DNA of 64,000 nt from Diplonema japonicum (lineage: Eukaryota > Protista > Euglenozoa: Diplonemea), in assembly GCA_964019335.1 (NCBI GenBank), contig OZ025731.1, forward strand, positions 62,001 to 126,000, given 5' to 3'. Positions 1 through 10,918 of the stretch are shown in pieces (the first letter of the stretch is position 1; the number at the start of each line of letters is the position of its first letter). The notes under the pieces are model-generated. The model did no database searches. It saw nothing but the letters and a program-made list of their open reading frames with translations, and was not told the DNA's origin. The translations under genes were made by a program, and so were the position numbers.

Positions 1-372
1 AAAGAACGGGAGAAACAGGTCGCAGCAGAGCTACGGAATACTGAGAAGGACTATGTCTCTGCTGTTCAAAAGAAACTCCAGAATCACCTCTACCAGGCAC
101 AGGAAACCTACCTCGCATCGCAGTCCAGCGCCTCACCCACACCAGACTTGGAAGACATTGCGCTCGCCAAGCTGAGGAATCACATCGACTACCCTCTTAA
201 AGAGATGGAGTTCCTCCTCAAGCAGCGCAGGACCACCCTGCAAAGAAAGCTAGCACGAAGGAAATCCCCTCCCATCGTGAAGAGCCTGCACGAGATCGTA
301 TCCCTTTCGTACAAGAAAAGGGCTGAAGTGGAGAACGAAGAGGTAACGGCCTGGAGAGGTCTGTTTGGTTGA
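1..372 (+). CDS. 3' part of a hypothetical (coiled-coil-like) protein, runs off the window start
   Basis: Frame 1 is open from base 1 (KEREKQVAAELRNTEKDY...) to the stop at 370-372 with coding-like composition. A last intron at GTAACG (~343) is not excluded. Confidence 0.6.
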   Translation, partial: KEREKQVAAELRNTEKDYVSAVQKKLQNHLYQAQETYLASQSSASPTPDLEDIALAKLRNHIDYPLKEMEFLLKQRRTTLQRKLARRKSPPIVKSLHEIVSLSYKKRAEVENEEVTAWRGLFG

Positions 373-487
373 GAAATAAAAAAAAAAAAAACGAAAAGTG
401 TTTTCCAACACTAACTCCCCCTTTTTTTTTGCTTCGTTGTATTTTTTTTTTTTCTTTGCAATGTTGAGAGGAAGGGAGATAACAAAC

Positions 488-520
<33 letters not shown>

Positions 521-534
521 GAGAAAAAAAAAAA

Positions 535-1866
535 ATGAGCTCACGGAACCTCATAATAGTAGCCTTGCTGGCAATACTGTTCTTCATGTTTTACACCCAG
601 TTCGCGGAGGAGCTGCCGAGGGAGGAGGTTTTGGAGGAGAAGGCCGTGGTGCAGGTATTCGAGAAGGAATCGCTGACGGAAGAGCAAGCCAACTACCCAG
701 CAACCCCCGACGCCTTGACAGGAGAACACATGTGGCAAAAAGCCGGGGAACTGGGCTGGCCCACGAAATGGGACGCACGACAGCACGCAACACACTTCAT
801 CCTGGGCACACCGAAAGGTGGAACAACCTTCGTGGAGCGATGCTACAGCAGCGGTGCCCTATCTGGGGATGACCACCACCACCCGTACCCCAAAGCAGCT
901 ATGAGATGGCCTGTAAAGTTCACCCCAGACGGAGAGCCTATGTATAAAAACCAAGGTTTCATCGGTGGGTGGGCATGGAACCGAACAGGCTACCGACGAT
1001 GGGACCTTGCAAAGGAATGGAGGATATATATCTCGTCAGGCACGGACGAGACAGCACCTAAGTACAAAAAATTATTCTCCTCGCTCCCACCTGTCGAGGA
1101 AGATTCGGGGAAGTGGAGCGTTCTTGACGCTACACCAACATATTTAATGAACCCGTGGGCTGCCGACAACGTGCATGCAGATCATCAACACAATCCGGGA
1201 AAGCTGCGGTTTGTCGTAACATGGAGGGAAGCGATGGCAAGGTCGTTCAGCCACTTCGTGATGATTGTTGGGAAGAAGAATCAACACGTCAAACCAGGTG
1301 CGTTCATGGCACGAATGCACTCCGAGATCAACCATTGGAACAAAACCGAAGGCTGCCATGTTCTTTTCGATCCAGCTACGTTGCTGGAGAATGCCGACAG
1401 CGACATCACCGTTTTGCGTGACGTCCTCAGAAAATGTTTCAAACCCAAGAGTTTCCTCGGGCACAGCCTCCCAGTTCTCGGCCTTCGTTACTGGCTGCAC
1501 CATTTCAAACCCGAGCAGTTCACCGTAATCAAAACAGAGGCGTTGAAAAACAGCGACCCTTTCTTCCTCGTCGGCATTCTGGAGAAGGCCTTCGGCTACC
1601 GCAGGTTAAAGCCAAAATGTTCTACACCAGCTGAACTGAAATCAGGTACCTGCAGCGGAGAGCTGTTTTACACAAGCGCTTTAGACAGATGCCGTGATAC
1701 CGGGGAACGCGCTGCGTCATATACAAAGAAAGCAGGTGCCCTTCATCTCGAAAGGGGAACTTCAGTGGAGAAAGCGCCGATCCACGCGCTGTTCAGGCTG
1801 TATCGTAAGGCCATGAGTGACCTCATTAAGAAGTACGACCTTGCCTTCGTGAACATCTCGAGTTAG
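535..1866 (+). CDS. Type II membrane sulfotransferase (heparan-sulfate sulfotransferase-like)
   Basis: N-terminal TM anchor; PAPS 5'-PSB motif GTPKGGTT; DATPTY; 3'-PB-like REAMARSFSHF. Confidence 0.8.
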   Translation: MSSRNLIIVALLAILFFMFYTQFAEELPREEVLEEKAVVQVFEKESLTEEQANYPATPDALTGEHMWQKAGELGWPTKWDARQHATHFILGTPKGGTTFVERCYSSGALSGDDHHHPYPKAAMRWPVKFTPDGEPMYKNQGFIGGWAWNRTGYRRWDLAKEWRIYISSGTDETAPKYKKLFSSLPPVEEDSGKWSVLDATPTYLMNPWAADNVHADHQHNPGKLRFVVTWREAMARSFSHFVMIVGKKNQHVKPGAFMARMHSEINHWNKTEGCHVLFDPATLLENADSDITVLRDVLRKCFKPKSFLGHSLPVLGLRYWLHHFKPEQFTVIKTEALKNSDPFFLVGILEKAFGYRRLKPKCSTPAELKSGTCSGELFYTSALDRCRDTGERAASYTKKAGALHLERGTSVEKAPIHALFRLYRKAMSDLIKKYDLAFVNISS

Positions 1867-2683
1867 TTGTATTTTAAAAAAGGGGTAAAAAAAAAAAAAG
1901 AAAGAAAAAAAAAAAGGAAGAAAAGTGTGTCCTCCCCCTTCCACCCCCTCTTCGTTTTCTTTTTTAGTTGTCTAGAAGGGGGTGGGTAAGGTAGGAGAAA
2001 AAAAAAAAGAAACAAGACACGAAGAAGAAGAAGAAGAAGAAAAAAATGTAGACGCCAAAGATGCTATGATCTAATAGGGAGGGGGGTGGGGGGAGAGAGA
2101 AAACCCCTTTTTTTTAATGCTGATCTGTGGTATTTTAACGACCGGGCTCTGGTCATGGAGGATTTAAAAAGAAATAAGAGGGGAGGTTTAAAAGGGGGAA
2201 AGGAAAGAAAGAAAAACGTGGATGGTAAAAGATGACATACACAAGTGGGGGGGGGGGGGGGGGGGGGGATTGGAAACGAAAAAAAGAAGATATTTTGTGT
2301 TTTTTTTTCTCCTCTTTCCTCGTTCCCTCTTCCCCTCCCCTCCCCTTTGTTGCTGGCTCCCCTTCCCTTCTAGATTTCTGTCTTTACCTCGCTGTTTGTT
2401 GTTGTCGGCGCAATGAGATCATTATCATTATGCATTTCATGCATCCCAACAAGGTCAGGGGTCAAGTGTCGTGACAGAGTTCGGAGTAAGGAAGGTAATG
2501 TGGCGTAAGCACTCCCTTCCGCTGAATTCATGTGCTTTGTGGCCAGCCTCAGTTTTTTTTTTTTTTTTTCCTTTTTTGTCCTGAAGTTTCTCCCACTAAC
2601 AACCCGGTCGTAAATTCTGCCCGCGTTCTGTGAAACGCCTCCCTTTACCACATGAATAAAACATAAATACAGGAGACTAAAAA

Positions 2684-4478
2684 ATGCAGGCCGCCAAGAC
2701 TGAAATAATGATGGAGTTGATGGGCCCTGGGGGCAAGTATGAGCTTGGACCTGGGGAGTTCAAACTCGGGTTTGACAAGAAGGAGAGGGTGGTGAAAGGG
2801 ATTGTGTACAAGAGGGGGCTGAACAACCTCCGTGAGATGTACGAGAGGTTCTTTGGGATCCACGCTGACAAGGAATACGTTGTCTTCCACAACGAGAGGA
2901 TGACCTTCAGGCGGTTCTGGGAAACGGCGTGCGCCCTGGGGGCCGCGTTAATCGAAAAGATCGGCATCAAGCAAGGAGACAGGGTGGGCATCTGTTCCCA
3001 GAACAACCCAGAGTGGATGCTTACCTTCGTGGCGGTGACTTCCATCGGTGCTGTTGCCGTCCCTCTGAACAGCTGGTGGAAGGGCTCCGAGCTTGAGTAC
3101 GGTATCACCGATGCTGGTTGCAAAGCCTTTGTCTGCGACCTCCGCCGATACAACAGCTGCAAGGACTTCCTCCCCCGTCTCGGGGTGACGCCCATCCTCA
3201 TCCGCACCACGGTGCCCAATGTTATGAACTTCAACGACCTCGTGATGCCCTTCCTCGGGAGGTCCTGTCCCGCTTTTTTCCCCGCCGGTTCCGACATCGC
3301 TGCCATCATGTACACCTCCGGCACCACAGGGCATCCCAAGGGTGTCACCCTCACGCATCAAGGCATCTCCACACAGCTCACTTCCGCAACTGCCTTCACA
3401 GAGCTCAACGAAAGGGTCGCCGCTCGGTTCAACGTCCCCAAGTCGCCCTTCGTGGAGAGTGCCGTCGTGCCCGTGCCCCTCTTCCACGTCACTGCCTCGC
3501 ACCATCTCTTCCTCGCCGCCATTGTGGCCGGCCGCAAGCTAGTTCTTATGGAGAGGTGGGATGCTGGCAGGGCGCTCAAGATCATTGAGGGGGAGAAGAT
3601 CAGGTCGTGGACCGGCGTGCCCACCATGGTGCAGGACATGATGGAGCACCCCGACTTCGAGAAGACGGACACCACTTCGCTAGGAACGGTGGGCGCTGGT
3701 GGTGCACCGACCCCCACGTCGCAGGTGGGGAAGATCGCGAAGAAGTTCAAGAACGGGATCCCCACACAGGGCTACGGCCTGACGGAGACCAACGGGGGCA
3801 TCGCGTGGATCATGGGCGAGGACTACGTCAACAAGCCAGGCTCCACGGGGAGGCCGTTCCCCACAGTGCAGATCCTGGTGTGCGACCCTGAGACAGGGGC
3901 GGTGTTGAAACAAGGCGAGAGGGGAGAACTGTTGGTGAAGTCGCCGATGAACTTCCTAAAGTACTGGAACAAGGAAAAAGCTACTGATGAAAGCATCATC
4001 GAAGTCCCAGGGCACGGGTACGGGTGGTTCCGCACGGGGGACGTGGTAGAGGTGGACGCAGAGCAGTACATCTACATCAAGGACAGGGCCAAGGACATCA
4101 TCATCAGGGGCGGGGAGAACATCTCGTGTGCTGAGGTGGAGTCCGCCTTCTTTTCCACATCACCTGGTGTCCATGAGCTCTCCTGTTTTGGGATGAAAGA
4201 CGACCGTCTGGGTGAGGTGGTCGCCCTGCTTGTCCACCCCAAGCAAGGTGTAACCATGACCGCCAAGCAGGTGCTTGACAATTTGAGAAAGGCCGGTAGC
4301 CTTTCTGAGTTCAAGATACCTGATGCCAAGCACGTGTTCTTCACCCACGAGCCTCTCCCTAGGGGTGCCACCGGGAAGATTCTGAAGCGTGTGATTAGGG
4401 ACGAGTACAACAAGAAGATGCAGGTGTGGAAGGGAAATGGGGAAATTAAAAAAAAAAAAAATACAGGCCAAGCTATAG
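2684..4478 (+). CDS. AMP-dependent (long-chain fatty) acyl-CoA ligase with predicted PTS1; exons 2684-4423, 4467-4478
   Basis: Motifs YTSGTTGHPKG, GYGLTE, RTGD, IIRGGENI and PRGATGK. Removing the GT..AG intron 4424-4466 gives the C-terminus ...KKMQ-AKL-stop. Confidence 0.9.
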
Positions 4479-4756
4479 AATGAGATATTTCTCCCCTTTT
4501 TTTGTTTTTTTGTCGGGAGGGGTGGGGGTGTGAAAATGTGGTCATCCAAACCTTCGGATAAATGTTGATTGGAAAAAAAAAGAAGAAGAAAAAAAATCGG
4601 TACATTTACATGATAATAAAGGAAGTCCCTTTTTTTATATCCCCCCCCTCTACTCGCCTTTGCTTTTTCTTTTTTCTCCCCATCTCCCCATTTTCTTTTC
4701 TTCCTCGTACACGTGTGGTATTAGTTCGCGTCTTTTTTGTGTGAGTCGTGTTCGTT

Positions 4757-4788
<32 letters not shown>

Positions 4789-5234
4789 ATCCAAGGGTTT
4801 ATGTCATTAAACATTGGATGGCTTTTTTTTTTTTTTTTTTTTTTTTTTGTTACAAATATTTATCTTTCAAAAAAAAAAAGATTTTATAACTATGCAACTT
4901 GTGCCGAGCAAAGAACCCTTCGCAGCTTTTTTTTAAAAACCTTTTTCTTTTTTGCTCGTGCGAACCAACAAAGACATTTAGTCATAAAGAATTATTTTGC
5001 TCCCCCTTCCCCCCCCCCCCCACTATTCTTGAAGCCTCGCTACCACTTCAACGATGGATTTTTTTTTAAAGAAATTTAACCACTCCCCCCCCACCCGTCT
5101 GCTCATTCTTCTTCTCATCTTTTGATTAAAAAAAAAAGGAAAAACGTTCTCTGTTTTAGAAAAATTCTGTTTTTTTTATTATTATTCCTTCTATTAGAAA
5201 AACAAAAAAAAAACAGGGATTCCCCCCCAAAGAA

Positions 5235-6452
5235 ATGCTAACGATAAACAGAGACTCTGAAGGCATTCCTGAATCGGTGATCATCGATATAAAAAGCGAG
5301 GAACCGGCGAATATAAACGCAGTCGAGGCAGTGCTCTTCGCCTGCGGAAAGGTCTGGGACGTAGCACGGGTGGAGGGAGACAAGGTGAGACTAATATACC
5401 CGATCGAAATATGCGGGGACGTCGTTCTCAATATCACCTTCGGCGACGAGGAGATGGAGGAATTCTTCACCCTACCAGGGGTGTTCAACGCTGCCCTATT
5501 CGTTACATGCACAACACAAACCATAGAACAAGGCAGGATATTTACAGTGGACCTCACCATTGTAGACGAAACAACTTCAACCCCGCTCTTTAGACAAATT
5601 GCCGCGATACCCAAATTGTGGCTTCGAAACACCGCCAGCAACGAGGAAGTACCACTGGCACAGTTATTGACGGCGAACTGGAACGGGTCCACAGGGACCT
5701 TCCGGTGCAGAACCACTCAAAAGGGTTTTTTTGTGATACACGCAAACTGTTCGAATCTGTTGAACGGGGTTTCTTCGCGTACTATAGACGTGACGTGTGC
5801 AGCTCCCCGGGCTGCTCAGATTACCATGGTGTCTGATCCTTCAAAGATGAAGCTGGTTACATCGAAGACGCCGATTCAGGTTTCTGCTGAATTACTGGAC
5901 GCGTGTAGACTGCCGTTGCCAGCGTCCCCTGCCCACCCTCCTGTGGTTGTCTCCTTGATCGTGTGCACTGGCGGCAAGGAAAAAATTATTGCAACGGCAA
6001 CCATAACCACAGGCACTGCAACGTTTCAAACTGTTTACCTCCCCCCCGGCGTGCATCGTCTTCGGCTAGTCTGTGATTTTATCCACGGGTACACCACGCG
6101 TCCTTTCGCTGTTGTCTCTGAACGAAACCCCAACTTTCTTAGAGACGCGCTTCCAAACGAAGAGAAGGCGGTCCCCGTGCAGAATTGTTTGGTCAAACAA
6201 AAACCCGTAGACGAGGAGGAAAGAGGAGGAGGGGGTAAAACAGGCACATTCTTGCAGAGCATAGGTAACTTTTTGAAACGGAAGTCTTCACCGAAGGTTC
6301 AGGTAGCCCCTCCCGAGCCGCTGCCTCGACCGCCAAAAGGCCTTCTTCAGAACGGGTTGCGGCCTGACGAGAAGTTTCTCGGAAGGCGGGGGTCCGCTGG
6401 GTCGAGCTCTGGAGGGCTCAGCGACGATGTTGAAGGAATTGAAGTTTGGTGA
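5235..6452 (+). CDS. Hypothetical protein, possibly with Ig-like beta domains
   Basis: 405 aa ORF, beta-rich; GTATFQTVYLPPGVHRLRLV resembles an Ig-like strand pattern. Confidence 0.65.
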   Translation: MLTINRDSEGIPESVIIDIKSEEPANINAVEAVLFACGKVWDVARVEGDKVRLIYPIEICGDVVLNITFGDEEMEEFFTLPGVFNAALFVTCTTQTIEQGRIFTVDLTIVDETTSTPLFRQIAAIPKLWLRNTASNEEVPLAQLLTANWNGSTGTFRCRTTQKGFFVIHANCSNLLNGVSSRTIDVTCAAPRAAQITMVSDPSKMKLVTSKTPIQVSAELLDACRLPLPASPAHPPVVVSLIVCTGGKEKIIATATITTGTATFQTVYLPPGVHRLRLVCDFIHGYTTRPFAVVSERNPNFLRDALPNEEKAVPVQNCLVKQKPVDEEERGGGGKTGTFLQSIGNFLKRKSSPKVQVAPPEPLPRPPKGLLQNGLRPDEKFLGRRGSAGSSSGGLSDDVEGIEVW

Positions 6453-6576
6453 AAATAAAAAAAAAAAAGAAAAAAAAAAAAAGATTTGTTGTTGTTGTGT
6501 GTTTTGTTTTCCCCCATTGCCCCCCCACCTCGTTACGTAAGAAACTTGAAAAGAGTAAGGGAGTTTCGTTTTCTCT

Positions 6577-6624
<48 letters not shown>

Positions 6625-7357
6625 AAGAACAAGAAAAACAATATATTGATAATGAATTGTTATTGCTAAAAAGAGTAGTGGTGGCATTGTTGGGCTTATC
6701 CTTCTACAGGTTAATCCCGGCTGTGCACAAGCAACAATCAACCGACTCTTTTTTTCCCTCCCTTCTGAATGACATTACTTTAGGCGATATTCTCGCGCTT
6801 ACATCACGAGGTGCAGTGAGGAGAAAATAAAATGGGGGGGGGAAAGGAACCACTGGGGGTTATTATTGTGAAATAACAGCCTCGATCCAATCGTTATCTA
6901 AGAATGGTGGAAAGATATGTGGTTCTGTGGTTAGTCTCTCTCCTCTACCTTGTTTGAGGTCCTGAGAGCAGCTTAGAACAAAGGACATTAAAATAAATAT
7001 GTAAGTTTTAATATCTGCAGTTTTAGTCTTTCCTGGAAAAAAAGTCCCTCCCACAGAATGTGTATAGATCTTCTTCTTCTTTTTTCTAGTCCCATTCAGT
7101 ATTTTTTTTTCCTTTTTTTTTTTCCTTCCTTGAATATGTGGTTCTACTACTCGTGGCCTTCAGAGGAAATTGGATTCTAAGCTTTGCCATTAGAATGAGC
7201 CTGTCATGGTCTGAACAAGGGGGGTGCTTTCTCTTACTTTCTTCTATTCTTTTTCTTATCCCCCTCCCTATTTAGTGAAAAAGTCACTGCTCAAGTACCA
7301 TATCTACGAACAAAGGAATCTCTTTTTTTTTCCACGTCCTTTTTTTTTTGTTGTAAA

Positions 7358-9163
7358 CCCTTAGACGCCCAGGGGGGGGGGGGGGGGGGGTAATTGATTT
7401 TCGAAATTTTTCGATTTTGGGTCTTTGTTGGCATTGGGTCAAACATGCTGAGTCTTGAGGTTATTTTTTGATTCGAGGTACGCATTTGAAAGATTTGAAA
7501 GATTTGCGTTCATTCCACTAAATATTTAGTGTTTTCGACCCATGGAGGTGCATGTTTTCGACCGGAATCCATGAGTTCATTTGCTTTTCCTGGAAATCAT
7601 GCATGCGAAACGCGCTAAAATCTCAGTGTGCATGGGGGTGTTCACTGTTCTGGTGCCTGCGGTGACTGTTTGTCGCAATGAGATGGACGGCATCTGGGCG
7701 AGAAACATTTACATGAAGTTGTGCAAGGCAGGGAGGCAATTTGGTTCAAGGAGAAGAGACCTCGTGCCGTAGCTGTGTCCAAGGTGCCAGAGGTATGCAC
7801 TCTCGGTTTGGCGTTGGCCGGGAAGGCTGACCTTCCGCATTGTGCTGAGCATTTCTGGACTTCCGCTTACCCGGGGGGTCATCCCAGGGGTTGGAGTGAG
7901 CACTCTCTTCCTTTTTCCAGCTGCTCTAGCGTCACGACGGTCACAAATTCAGGAGGTATTGTTGCACCATCCCGGCACATTGCTTTGAACTACTTTCGCT
8001 TGGGATAATCCTGTGGTGGGCTGTGGCAGATGGGAGGCCTTCTCACTTCACTCTGTGTACTGCTTGCTTTTCAATACGTTCTTTACCCATGCATGCTCCG
8101 TTATGCTGGTCATCGTCTGGGATCGGTGGTTGCAAACGTCACACCAGTGCTGGTTTCCACACCAGGCCATCCGTTTCCCGTGTGACACGAAGCACCACGA
8201 ACCCCGGGCTGGGACCGAACCCGACGATGGGGACGATCGACCAGAGGGCCTGCACGAGCGACCCGAACCTCCTGTGCAAGTGGGACGGGACCAAATGCGA
8301 CCCGAAGCCCTGTGGAGCGATCTTCGTGCGGGAGAAGTGGTTGAAGGCGCCGAATGCAGACTGCCCAGAGGGACACGGCGGTGGACGCCCGTGTGCAAGC
8401 CGGTCGCAACGTGCACGGTGACGACTGACGCGGCGGCGTGCAAGAGCGACGCGAACTGCGCCTGACACGCGGTACCCGACCCAGGGAGCTCCGCGGTGAG
8501 CCTCGACTGTGGATGGACGGGTGATGTACGCGGAGAAGAAGTGCACGGCGGCGAGGACACAGGCAGACTGCAAGGCTTGCGATTGCTGCTCGTGGAACGC
8601 TGCAGCAGCGTCTGCTCGCAGGACCGTTGCCAGCCTCTAAACCTCCGGACTGCGAGAGGCCACTGGGACGCGACGAAGAACGAGTGCATCAAAAAAACCA
8701 TCCGTTCTCCAGGAAGGTGGGCCACCTGTTTCGTAGGATCCATAACTATATCGTCATCGCGGTCCTGGTAAATAAAAAAGAAACGAGGATTGAGGTAGAG
8801 AGGTGGATTTAACCCATATGAACATTGCAGGTCGACGGGAACTGCTCCCGTTGTGTGCTGGCATGTTGATTTTGATAAAGCCTAGTGACTCGGGAAAAAA
8901 AAAAAAGAGGGAAAAAATCATGGAAAAATCATGAAAATCCGGAAAATGCCCATTTTTTGGTGTCACCCAGTGTCTCGGCACCCCGTTCTGGGATGAAGTT
9001 ATGAGGTTTCAGATGGATACAAATAGCGCATTTAACGCAGATTTTCAACATCTTTCCATTCCATCTTTTTTTTATGAAAACCGATCCGAGGCTTTGGTCC
9101 AGATGACCACAGAACAATTACACCTATTAACTGCTTCTACAGAAGCAGTTGGGCGTTTAAGGG
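7358..9163. mobile_element. Non-autonomous piggyBac-like element carrying a gene fragment
   Basis: TIRs CCCTTAGACGCCCA (7358) and TGGGCGTTTAAGGG (ending 9163), 1 mismatch. Flanks are TAAA (7354-7357) and TTAA (9164-9167). No intact transposase. Confidence 0.7.
8190..8700 (+). pseudogene. Frameshifted fragment of a Cys-rich extracellular repeat protein
   Basis: GC-rich coding-like patches in changing frames: CTSDPNLLCKWDGTKCDPKPCG, CTVTTDAAACKSDANC, EKKCTAARTQADCK, WDATKNECIK. Confidence 0.6.
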
Positions 9164-10004
9164 TTAAATGTCTCTTCCCCACGAGGAAACAGGGGCCAGG
9201 CACGCCATGTCTGAGGTGGAGGTGGTGTACTGAGCGCTATTTGACTTGTGTCACCTTGACAGTAAAAGATCGATTTTTTTTTTTTTCTTTTTTTTTTTCT
9301 TGGCTGGGGCATAATTTTGTAAAAACAGCTGGTCAAAGCACCCCTCCAAAAGAACGAAAAAACAAAAAAAAAAAAACAAAAGAAAAAAAAAGAAGAACGA
9401 GACTGTCCCCCTTTCCTACTCAGTCTCAAGTCCTGTTCGCACTTTCTTTTCCTCTTTCAAGAGGCAAAAGGCAGTAAGTGACGCCGAAATGAAACCCCGA
9501 ATGTCCTGAGAAGGGGGAAAGGGGTTGATAAGTAGACAAGGGAGGAACTTCCTTTATCATCACTTCTTTCCCACTTTTGTAACAGGAATCAAAAAAAAAG
9601 AAGGGGGGAAAAAAAAAGAAAGGGCAAACTTTTAAACATGCATACAAATGAAGGTTTCTCGAAGCCCTGGAGTCGGAGAGGGGGGAGAAAAAAAACTTTC
9701 CCTAAGATTAATCATCTTGGTCCCCCTGTCTTGTGCTGGAGGAAAAAAAAAACTTTCCCTCCTAAAAAAAAAAAAACTGCTAAATCAGTGCTCCTTTAAG
9801 TTTCAGCACTGCTACTACAATTAAAAAAAAAAAAATACAAACAAACAAAAAAGAAAAGAAAAGAAACAAAATCAAATTATTAGACTTCATCTATTACTCC
9901 CTTTTTTTTTCCACCCCTCCCCTTGCCTGGTTCTCACCAGCCATATGGGAGGGAGTGTTTTTTTTCTTCTTTTTTTTTTTCTTTTTTTTTTTTTTTATTT
10001 CACT

Positions 10005-10665
10005 CTTCAGAAATTACGCACTGGGGGGCCCATTACTTCACGCTAAATCTCATTACTTCACGGTGAAATAATGGCCTGTTTTCCGTGAAGTAATAGGGGG
10101 TTTCCGTTAAATAATATGCCTCGGTAGGCCAATTTTTGCCTCGGTTCGGTTCCCAGTGGGGCAACTTTTTCTCTCAGTTTGCTATTTCCCCCCAGGTTCA
10201 GCTCAATTGGCCAACTTTTGCCTCGGCTCAGTTCCAAGTTGGACTACTTTTTCCTCCCAATTTGCCCACTTTTGGCTAGGCCTTGTTCCCAGTTTCTGTG
10301 GGTAACTCTTCTGTGGGCAAGGGTAACTTAGTCAGCTTACCCAAGCACCCCAAAAGACTTCAAAATACCGAAGCAGCAGAAAAAAAGGAGCCAGCGGCCG
10401 CGCTAGGTATGGGAAGGCCTGATTAGAGATGGTGACAGTGGCAATGCCAGCGACAGCGGCAGCTCTTAGTCAACAAAAGGAGGAAAAACAACTTGTATTG
10501 TAACCTTTGTAACCCCTCTCTTGTTGTACCCCTTGTCACCCTGTTGTGCCCCTCGTGGTAAGTAATTTCAGAGTGTCGTGAAATAAAACCACTTACCTAC
10601 CGCCAAGTAATGCTTTACCGACCTCGAGGTAACGGTAAAGTCATTACTTGTTGGCAGTAAATAGC
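10005..10665. mobile_element. Palindrome-rich non-autonomous repeat, possibly Crypton-like
   Basis: Repeated TTACTTCACG/CGTGAAATAA inverted motifs like those at 55960-56100; ~11-nt degenerate tandem units at 10125-10295; long imperfect hairpin at ~10600-10655. Confidence 0.4.
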
Positions 10666-10918
10666 TATTCTTTCTTTCTTATTTTTTCCACATAATCCCT
10701 TCTTCCACCTTTTTTCTAACTGAATTCCCCTCTTCTTCGACCATAATACCCCATCTTTTGTGATAACAAAAAAAAAAATCTTTTTTTTTTTGTCAACACT
10801 AACTATTCATGGAAGAAAAAAAAAAATCCAATCATTCCAAAAAAAAAAAAGGCCACGGCGGGGGGAGGGGAGAAGGGCAAAGACGCCGTGGAGAAAGAGA
10901 GCAAAAAAAAAAAAAAAA

